A DNA stretch of 24,926 nt. Source: Thermoanaerobaculaceae bacterium (GTDB lineage Bacteria; Acidobacteriota; UBA4820). Numbering within the stretch: position 1 is the first letter of the stretch; each line of letters begins with the position of its first letter. The translations under genes were made by a program, and so were the position numbers. Shown in pieces: positions 9,232 to 16,119 of this stretch. Location of the stretch: assembly GCA_012798145.1 (NCBI GenBank), contig JAAZNT010000333.1:1-24926 (forward strand), in the 5' to 3' direction. The notes beneath the pieces are model-generated. The model worked only from the letters and a program-made list of their open reading frames with translations. It searched no databases and was not told where the DNA came from.

Positions 9232-12200
9232 CTTTGTGATCCGCCTCCTTCAAACTTATTGAGAAGAATTTGGAAACCCCGCTTTCCTGCATAGTAACTC
9301 CATAAATAGAGTCCGCAAGCTCCATAGTCCTCTTGTTGTGGCTTATGACTATAAACTGCGTCTTGTCGGTAAATTCGGTAAGAAGTTTTGAAAGAATTTT
9401 CTCAATGTTTGTCTCGTCAAGTGGGGCGTCAATTTCATCAAGAACGAAAAATGGCTGCGGCTTGTATGAAAGAATTGCAAAAAGCAGAGTCAACGCCACA
9501 AGCGCTTTTTCGCCTCCGCTCAACTGAATATTGTGGACAACTTTCTTACCGCGCGGCTGGGCGAAAATTTCAATTCCTGTTTCAAGGGGATTCTCAGGGT
9601 CTTCCAGTTTAAGGTATCCTTCTCCACCGTCAAATACGACTTTGAACAATTTTGAGAAGTTGCTGTTGACAACTTCAAACGCTTCAAGGTATTTGCTTCT
9701 TATTGTGTCATTTATTTTTCTGATAGTTTCGTTAAGCCCGTTAATAGCTTCTTCAAGGTCTTTTTTCTGCTCAGAAAGGAAATTGAGTCTTTTTGATTTT
9801 TCATCATATTCATCTTTTGCAAGAAAATTTTGAGGACCCAAATCGTTAAGTCTTTTTTCAAGTTTTAGAAGTTCTGAGAAAAGCCTTTCCCTTTCTTCTG
9901 AGGATAATCGTGGATGGTCTTTAAACTCTTCAATTATTGTGTCCATTTCCTCCTGAAAGTTAACCGCAAAGCGCTCAATAAGGTTTTTTTCCTCAGATTC
10001 CGCTATCGCTAAATCCTTTTCTTTCTCAACTATTTCTTTTTCCACTTCAGAAAGGTTTTCTCTTGCTTCTTTCTCCAGTTTTTCGCATTTCTTGATTTCT
10101 TCTTCCAGAAATTTAATTGTGTTTTCAAAGTTTCCCTTTTTCTCTATGCTTTCCTGCATTTTGAGTATTATTTCGGAAAGACTCTTTTCGTCTTCATAAA
10201 TTGACTGCTCAAGTTTTTTAATTTTGGAGAAAAGCAGTTCCTTTTCCGATGAGAGTCTTTCTCTTGAAGAAGCGAAATCTTCTATTGCTCTTTGGAGATT
10301 TATTTCTTCATTTTCAAGAGATTTAATTTTCTCTTCCCAAGCCGTTTCCTCAAGTCTTTTTTGAGTGAAAGACTCTGTCGTTTTTTCAGTGTCTGAAGAA
10401 AGCGTCGCCCTTTCTTTTTCAAGAAAAGAGAAAACGCCCTCCGCCTGAGAAATTTCAGTTTCAATGGTTGAAAGTCTTGAATTAATTTTGACTTTCTCTT
10501 TTTCAAGCTCCTCTCTTGTTCTTTTAAGTTCAGACTCTTCCATCCTCTGAAGGTCTTCATAAGCAGCTATTCTTTTTAATTCTCCTTCCGCTTTCTGAAG
10601 CGAAAGCCTGCCGTCTTGAACCTCTTTTTCAAGAGAGAGAATCTCTTTGTCTATCTCTTTTGCCGTTTCACTCTCCTTTTTTTCAATTTCAGAGAGCGAA
10701 GCAAGTTTTTCTTTCAGCCCCGCAAGTTCTTTTTTGCTGTTTTCAATTTTCTTCTTAGTTGTTTCAATTTCCTTGGCTGTTTTAAGCGAAGGCAGGGAAA
10801 TTTCTTCCGCTGGGCATTTGGAAATCCAGCCCGAAGGTGTTATTAACACTGAATCGTTCAGCGTAACGGCTTCCAATTTGTTATGAACAACAAAATCCAA
10901 AGCGTCTTTAAATTCAGAAAATCTTGGAATTTTCTTCAGATGGTCTTTTAGAAAAGATGGAAATCCTTCAAGTTCGTCAACATAGCCGATGAAACTTTTG
11001 TAATTCTGAGCGGTTTTTGTTTTTTCGCTGTTGTAACTCAAATCTTCAGAAAGAAAAGAAATTCTCTCAGTCGGCTCCGACTTTATTGCTTTTAGTATTG
11101 AAACAATGTCTCCGCTTTTAGCAACTCTGTATCCCGAAAGAAGTTCTCCCAAAACCAACTCAAGAATTTTCAAGGTTTTTTCGGGGACATTTGAAAGGAG
11201 CGAAGAAAGGCGATTTTCAGAAAGTGAAGGCGTATTTTTTTCCATCTCCTCTCTTGTTTTGCCTTTGAGAAGTTTATCCTGCTCAAAAAGAACTTTCAGC
11301 CGAGATTCTTCCGCTGCCAAAGTTTTTTCAATGGAAGAAATTTCTGAAAGAATAGAATCCATTTCCTTTTTTAAATCTTTGATTTTTGAATAGATTATTG
11401 ACCGCTCTTTCTCTTTTTCAGAAAGGGCGTTGGTTTTTTCTTTTAAGTATGCCTCTTCGTCAAAAAGCGCTTCCTCCGCCTTCTGCTTTTCATTTAAAAG
11501 CCGCTCTGATTCTCTTTTGTGCCTCTGTTCTCTTTCCTCAATCCTCTTTAACTCTTCTGCTATCTGTGCAAGGGCGCTTTTTTTGCTTGACCTCTCTTCT
11601 GCAAGGGCAAAAATCGCTTTTTGCTTTTCCTGAATCTGTTTGTTTGTGTCTTCAAGCTTGCTTTTCAGGGTTTGAAGTTTGCCACTGCTTTTTTCAAGGT
11701 CTGCTGAAATTTTTTCTTTTTCTTCCAGAAACTGTTTTTTTCTCTCAAGAAGAGAATTGAGGAACTTTTTCCTATCTTTCTCTTTTTCTTCAAGAGTCGT
11801 CAAATCTCCATCAATCTGTCTCAATCTTTCTTTTGAAGAAACTATTTGGTCAAAGCGCCTCTTGTTTTCGCTTTCCTTCTTCTCTCTTGACATATCAAGT
11901 TCGTGAAGTTGTTCAGTAATTTGAACAGCAAAAGTTTCTTCTTCGCTTTTTCTTAGTTTTAATGATTCAAGGTCTGACTCTGATTTTGCCAAAACCGCGC
12001 TTCTCTTTTCTCTTTCGTCGTAATAGAGGTTGAGTTCATTTTTAAGATGCGATTTTTTAAGCCTTGTCTCAAAAAGCCCTCTTCCGAAAAATTCTCTTCT
12101 CCTTTTTGCTATTTCATCAGAGAGTTTTGTGTATCTTTCTGCTTTTTGCGCCTGTTTTTTAAGTTCGCTTAATTCTGCCTCAACTTCACTAATTATGTCG

Positions 12201-12760
12201 TTCAATCTCAGAAGGTTATTCCTTGTTGATTCAAGTTTGCTTTCAGCGCTTTTTCTGTTTTCCTTATAATGCGCAATCCCTGCCACTTCTTCAAAAAGTG
12301 TTTTTCTTTCTTCAGGGCTCATTCCGAGGATCGCTTCAACCCTTCCCTGCTCAACAAGAAAACTTCCCTGAACAGAAATATTGTTTCTGTAGCAAAACTC
12401 GTGAATGTCTTTCAACCTTACCTGTCTGTCGTCTATAAGGTAGGAACTTTCTCCATTTCTTGTCAATCTTCTTCCTACCTTGATCTTCTGGCCGTCTTCT
12501 TTTTCAAAAAGGAGAAAAACCTCAGCGCATCCTGAAGGTGGTCTTTTCTTTGTTCCGTGGAAAATTACATCAGCCATCTTGCTTCCGCGAAGACTCTTTG
12601 CGCTCTGCTCTCCTATAGCCCAAAGGACTGCGTCTGCGACATTGCTTTTCCCGCTTCCGTTTGGTCCCACAATTATGGTGAGTTTGCTGTTGATTTCAAC
12701 TTTGGTTCTGTCGGGCAGAGATTTAAAGCCTGCAAGTTCAATTTCTTTAAGTTTGAGCAT
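9215..12760 (-). CDS. smc: Chromosome segregation protein SMC
   Basis: 1181 aa. Walker A IVGPNGSGKSNVADA, LRGSKMADVIFHG, long coiled coils with a central hinge, signature LSGGEKAL, Walker B/D-loop VLDEIDAPLDETN, and QFIVISHNKRTM. Confidence 0.95.
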   Translation of the reverse strand: MLKLKEIELAGFKSLPDRTKVEINSKLTIIVGPNGSGKSNVADAVLWAIGEQSAKSLRGSKMADVIFHGTKKRPPSGCAEVFLLFEKEDGQKIKVGRRLTRNGESSYLIDDRQVRLKDIHEFCYRNNISVQGSFLVEQGRVEAILGMSPEERKTLFEEVAGIAHYKENRKSAESKLESTRNNLLRLNDIISEVEAELSELKKQAQKAERYTKLSDEIAKRRREFFGRGLFETRLKKSHLKNELNLYYDEREKRSAVLAKSESDLESLKLRKSEEETFAVQITEQLHELDMSREKKESENKRRFDQIVSSKERLRQIDGDLTTLEEKEKDRKKFLNSLLERKKQFLEEKEKISADLEKSSGKLQTLKSKLEDTNKQIQEKQKAIFALAEERSSKKSALAQIAEELKRIEEREQRHKRESERLLNEKQKAEEALFDEEAYLKEKTNALSEKEKERSIIYSKIKDLKKEMDSILSEISSIEKTLAAEESRLKVLFEQDKLLKGKTREEMEKNTPSLSENRLSSLLSNVPEKTLKILELVLGELLSGYRVAKSGDIVSILKAIKSEPTERISFLSEDLSYNSEKTKTAQNYKSFIGYVDELEGFPSFLKDHLKKIPRFSEFKDALDFVVHNKLEAVTLNDSVLITPSGWISKCPAEEISLPSLKTAKEIETTKKKIENSKKELAGLKEKLASLSEIEKKESETAKEIDKEILSLEKEVQDGRLSLQKAEGELKRIAAYEDLQRMEESELKRTREELEKEKVKINSRLSTIETEISQAEGVFSFLEKERATLSSDTEKTTESFTQKRLEETAWEEKIKSLENEEINLQRAIEDFASSRERLSSEKELLFSKIKKLEQSIYEDEKSLSEIILKMQESIEKKGNFENTIKFLEEEIKKCEKLEKEARENLSEVEKEIVEKEKDLAIAESEEKNLIERFAVNFQEEMDTIIEEFKDHPRLSSEERERLFSELLKLEKRLNDLGPQNFLAKDEYDEKSKRLNFLSEQKKDLEEAINGLNETIRKINDTIRSKYLEAFEVVNSNFSKLFKVVFDGGEGYLKLEDPENPLETGIEIFAQPRGKKVVHNIQLSGGEKALVALTLLFAILSYKPQPFFVLDEIDAPLDETNIEKILSKLLTEFTDKTQFIVISHNKRTMELADSIYGVTMQESGVSKFFSISLKEADHKVEKFN

Positions 12761-13170
12761 TAATCTTCCTTTACTATGTAAGAATGAGCGTTCCTAAATA
12801 CAATTTCAGGGACGCTTTTTTTTGTATTCTTTTCAAAATCGTAAAAAACAACAACAGATTTGCTTTTAAAGCAGATTCTTCCTTCTGAAAAAATTTCCTG
12901 ATAAAGCGAAACCGATGTATTTCCAATTTTTGTTATACCCGTTCCAACTAAAACTTCCTCTCCAAAATGGACAGGAAAAATAAAATCTCCTTCAAGCCGG
13001 GCAACAATAAAATCAATGTCCTCAAGAGAACATTTTCCCTTGATTTTCCCAAAAAGTTCAAGTCTTCCCTCTTCAAGATATGAAAAATACTTGGGCGCGT
13101 TCAAATGCTGAAGGGCGTCAAGGTCGCCGAACCTCACCTTTATTTTGGTTAATATCTTGAATCTTTCCAT
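12760..13170 (-). CDS. Acyl-CoA thioesterase (4HBT/YbgC-like hotdog fold)
   Basis: VRFGDLDALQHLN..YFSYLEEGR motif and KIGNTS; GAGG RBS upstream of the ATG. Confidence 0.85.
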   Translation of the reverse strand: MERFKILTKIKVRFGDLDALQHLNAPKYFSYLEEGRLELFGKIKGKCSLEDIDFIVARLEGDFIFPVHFGEEVLVGTGITKIGNTSVSLYQEIFSEGRICFKSKSVVVFYDFEKNTKKSVPEIVFRNAHSYIVKED

Positions 13171-13190
13171 AAAAACCTCTTCATAAAAAC

Positions 13191-13213
13191 AGAGAATAAT
13201 GATATTCTCTATT
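13191..13213. promoter_or_regulatory. Palindromic candidate operator in the 65-bp divergent intergenic region
   Basis: Perfect inverted repeat AGAGAATA-atga-TATTCTCT (13191-13210). 13195-13213 matches the Fur 19-mer consensus at 14 of 19 positions. Confidence 0.35.
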
Positions 13214-13235
13214 GTCTATAAGAGGAGATTTTAAC

Positions 13236-14417
13236 ATGAAAGAGGATTTAATTGGTGAAATTCAGTTAGAATTGGCAAATTTAGGGCTTGACGGATGGCT
13301 TTTCACATCTTTCAGGGGAAGCGATCCAATCGCAGAAAGTTTCTTAAGGGGAAATGTTGAGACGCTCACAACCAGAAGGTATTTTTATTTCATTCCTACA
13401 AAAGGAGAGCCTTTAAAAATTCTTCACAGGATTGAGCCTCACAGTCTAAAAGATGTCTGCGGAAAAGAAGTCTTTTACGGAAAATGGCAGGAATGGCAGA
13501 ATATTTTGGCTGAAGCGCTTAAAGGCAAAAGAAAAATAGCCGCTCAATATTCGCCGGAAGGGATAATTCCAGCGCTTTCACGCCTTGACCTTGGGTTGGG
13601 AGAGTTTTTGAGAAATCTTGGAATAGAGATCGCCTCTTCTGGAGACCTTGTGGCAAAATTCACGGTAGTTTTATCTAACGAAATGTATGAAAGCCATTTA
13701 AGGGCTTTAAAAATTCTTGAAGATTCAGTTTTTTACGGTTTTGGAGTTGTAAAAGAGGCGATTTTAAATTCACGACAAATTGATGAGTATTCTCTTCAGC
13801 AAAAATTGTTTGAATTTATTTCGTCCCGAAATCTGACAACAAACGCTCCGCCGATAGTAGCGATAAATGAACACGCTGCTGATCCGCATTTTGAGCCGAC
13901 AAAAGAATTGAGCAAAACAATAAAAAAAGAAGATGTCCTTTTGATTGACATTTGGGCTAAAGAAAAAAATGAAAACTCGATCTATGCGGACATAACCTGG
14001 TGCGGAATTGTTGACAAAACGGGAAGCGAAGAAGCGGATAAAATTTTTGATATAGTTCTTAAAGGAAGAGACGCAGGGTTCAAGAAAGCGGAAGAATGCT
14101 CATTAAGAGATGTATGTGGCTGGGAGGTTGACAGAGCGACGAGGGATGTCATTGAAAAAGAGGGTTACGGCGAATATTTCACCCACAGGACAGGCCATTC
14201 AATTTTTACCGAAGACCACGCCGACGGGGCAAATATGGATGATTTTGAAACAAGGGATTTCAGAAAACTTATTCCAAACACTCTCTTCTCAATTGAGCCC
14301 GGAATTTACATTAAAGGAAAAATAGGCTTCAGATCCGAAATTGATGTCTTCATAGCAAAAGATGGGGTAAGAATTACCGGAAAGAAGCAGGAAAAACTTA
14401 TAAGAATATTGGAATAG
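13236..14417 (+). CDS. M24 family (Xaa-Pro aminopeptidase-like) metallopeptidase
   Basis: Metal ligands in LLIDIWAK, YADITW, FTHRTGHSI, FSIEPGIY and RSEID. The ATG at 13236 has GAGGAG upstream (13222-13227) and is preferred over the track's TTG at 13212. Confidence 0.9.
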   Translation: MKEDLIGEIQLELANLGLDGWLFTSFRGSDPIAESFLRGNVETLTTRRYFYFIPTKGEPLKILHRIEPHSLKDVCGKEVFYGKWQEWQNILAEALKGKRKIAAQYSPEGIIPALSRLDLGLGEFLRNLGIEIASSGDLVAKFTVVLSNEMYESHLRALKILEDSVFYGFGVVKEAILNSRQIDEYSLQQKLFEFISSRNLTTNAPPIVAINEHAADPHFEPTKELSKTIKKEDVLLIDIWAKEKNENSIYADITWCGIVDKTGSEEADKIFDIVLKGRDAGFKKAEECSLRDVCGWEVDRATRDVIEKEGYGEYFTHRTGHSIFTEDHADGANMDDFETRDFRKLIPNTLFSIEPGIYIKGKIGFRSEIDVFIAKDGVRITGKKQEKLIRILE

Positions 14418-14437
14418 ATTAAATTAAATCGCCGCTG

Positions 14438-14466
14438 TTGAAAAAAAACCAGTTTTAGTCTATATT
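14438..14466 (+). promoter_or_regulatory. Sigma70-type promoter for tRNA-Leu
   Basis: TTGAAA (14438-14443), 17-bp spacer, TATATT (14461-14466), 22 nt upstream of the tRNA. Confidence 0.6.
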
Positions 14467-14488
14467 CTTTTTGACCGCTTTTGTTTGT

Positions 14489-14573
14489 GCGAAAGTGGCG
14501 GAATTGGCAGACGCGCAGGACTTAGGATCCTGTGGGGAGACCCGTGGGGGTTCGATTCCCCCCTTTCGCACCA
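14489..14573 (+). tRNA. tRNA-Leu (anticodon TAG), 85 nt, CCA encoded
   Basis: GCGAAAG/CTTTCGC acceptor stem, D arm with GGAATTGGCAGAC, anticodon arm CAGGA-CTTAGGA-TCCTG, long variable arm, T arm GGGGG-TTCGATT-CCCCC, and ACCA end. Confidence 0.97.
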
Positions 14574-14760
14574 GATATATAACCAGAACTCAAACCTGTG
14601 GGGGTTCTCCGACGCCTTGAATTCTACAGTTTGAAGCAATTGAAAAATTGCTTCAATTCTTTGAATTCTACGGCGTCATTCCCCTTTCGCACCAACTTTT
14701 TTCGCACCAGATATAATTAGAACTCAAACCTGTGGGGGTTCTCCAACGCCTTGAATTCTA
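14564..14760 (+). repeat. tRNA-linked ~60-bp direct repeat containing copies of the tRNA 3' end and T arm
   Basis: 14564-14626 and 14700-14760 are near-identical (tttcgcaccagatata..agaactcaaacctgtgggggttctcc.acgccttgaattcta). An additional attcccctttcgcacca lies at 14678-14694. Confidence 0.9.
14631..14656. repeat. Perfect 11-bp hairpin with GAAA loop (possible terminator or REP-like element)
   Basis: TTGAAGCAATT-GAAA-AATTGCTTCAA, flanked by direct repeats of TTGAATTCTAC. Confidence 0.75.
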
Positions 14761-14835
14761 TGTTGTCATTCGAGATATAGGCGAGATTATGCCAACTCTC
14801 CTGCCAGTTTATAGTCGGAGTGATGTTACCGCTTT

Positions 14836-14871
14836 CCCCCCTCGCCTCTCAGGAGAGGGGCAGGGGTGAGG
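14836..14871. repeat. CCCTCTCC/GGAGAGGG-type REP-like palindrome
   Basis: ccccctcgcctctcaggagaggggcaggggtgagg, flanked by GTTACC direct repeats (14825-14830 and 14871-14876). Confidence 0.6.
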
Positions 14872-14889
14872 TTACCACTAAAAAATGCA

Positions 14890-14996
14890 GTCACTGCGAG
14901 CCATTCTTCGAAGCTTTGACAAGCGAAGCAGTCTTCCTCATTCAAAGTTGAAGATCACTTCGTTTGTCAACGCTTTGAGGCACCCCTCGTGATGAC
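14890..14996. repeat. REP-like long imperfect palindrome (GTCA.TGCGAG...CTCG..ATGAC type)
   Basis: Termini gtcactgcgag / ctcgtgatgac, inner arms ttgacaagcgaagcagtctt / aagatcacttcgtttgtcaa. Confidence 0.75.
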
Positions 14997-15005
14997 ATCG
15001 CGGGT

Positions 15006-15108
15006 GTCATCCTGAACGCTCCTTCGAAGCAAATACCCCTGAAGGATCTCCCCACTTCGAAGCGACAAGATTCTTCAAGGGTCAAGAACGAGGGAAACAA
15101 TCAGAATG
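15006..15108. repeat. REP-like palindrome (GTCATCCTGA...TCAGAATGAC type) whose right end is interrupted by IS110
   Basis: Left end gtcatcctga, inner arms cctgaaggatct / agattcttcaagg, right end tcagaatg. The missing 'ac' resumes at 16349 on the far side of the IS. Confidence 0.8.
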
Positions 15109-15123
15109 TTCCATATCGATTTG

Positions 15124-16119
15124 TCAAGCCTCCATATAGGAATAATAATTTTTATCGTAAAAAGTTCTGTTCTTAAGACAAGCAAAGCAGATCCTAATAA
15201 GTTTGTTTGCTACGGCTATAAGAGCGACTGATGATTCTTTCCCTTTTTGCCTAAGCCTTTGGTAAAAAAGGCGGCATCCTTCATTGTGTTTTGAAGCAGA
15301 TAAAGCACATAGATAAAGAAGTTTTCTTAGGTAAGCATTCCCTTTCTTACTTATTCTTCCTCTTTTATTTACTGATGTTCCAGATTGATAAGGGCTTGGG
15401 CATATCCCAACAAAACTTGTAACCTGCCTCCCCGTTTCAAAGGATTTAAAACTTGAGAGCATCGAAACTATTGCAGCAGATAATCTTTTGCCAACTCCGG
15501 GAATGCTTTTGAGAATCTCAATATCCTCGCTAAAGTTATCAGAAACCAAAGACTTTATTTCGTCTTCCAATTTCTTTATTTGCTTTTTCAAATTTTCAAT
15601 CGTTTTTCTATATGGATTGACCAGTTCAGGTGTGCATACAGGATAGTTCTTTAGCGCGTTCATTTGATTTCCAAAAATGTTGATGGCTTTTTGAAAATCC
15701 TCTATCGCCTTCAGTTTGATTTCTATTTTATACTGCACATCGCTCTTCGGCGTAAACATCTTTAACTCTTCTTCATACCTTCCATAGTTCGCTATTATCT
15801 TTGCGTCAGCCTTGTCTGTCTTCGCTCTCTTCATCTTCATCTCTGAATATTTCTTGATTACAAAGGGATTTACAACAGAAACACTGTAACCGCATTCATA
15901 CAAATGGCAGGAAAGCTTTAAATGATAATTACCTGTGTTTTCCATAATTACAAGGATATTTGATTTGTCAATCCCTTTTAGAATCTTTGAAACCTTCTTC
16001 TCAAAAACAAGGCTTGAGTTCTTGCAGGAAAATTCAATTTCCTTCTCTTTCCCTAAAATGGCTACAGAAACTTCCTCTTTTGAAACATCAACACCAACTA
16101 CCGCTTTCCATTCATTCAT
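15124..16119 (-). CDS. IS110 family DEDD recombinase/transposase, 331 aa
   Basis: RuvC-like DEDD residues (VGVDVSK, MENTG, KTDKADA), SIPGVG, P..YQSG (catalytic Ser region) and ISKKGNAYLRKLL. The ATG at 16119 has AGGAG upstream and is preferred over the track's 16170. Confidence 0.95.
   Translation of the reverse strand: MNEWKAVVGVDVSKEEVSVAILGKEKEIEFSCKNSSLVFEKKVSKILKGIDKSNILVIMENTGNYHLKLSCHLYECGYSVSVVNPFVIKKYSEMKMKRAKTDKADAKIIANYGRYEEELKMFTPKSDVQYKIEIKLKAIEDFQKAINIFGNQMNALKNYPVCTPELVNPYRKTIENLKKQIKKLEDEIKSLVSDNFSEDIEILKSIPGVGKRLSAAIVSMLSSFKSFETGRQVTSFVGICPSPYQSGTSVNKRGRISKKGNAYLRKLLYLCALSASKHNEGCRLFYQRLRQKGKESSVALIAVANKLIRICFACLKNRTFYDKNYYSYMEA

Noticed and set aside
9333-12797. Many short plus-strand ORFs opposite smc (and similar ones opposite other genes)
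   Set aside because: Shadow ORFs of the coding strand: S/F/L-rich composition, no RBS or domain evidence.
14564-14780. CRISPR array
   Set aside because: Only two long imperfect units derived from the tRNA end, no regular unique spacers, and no cas genes in the window.
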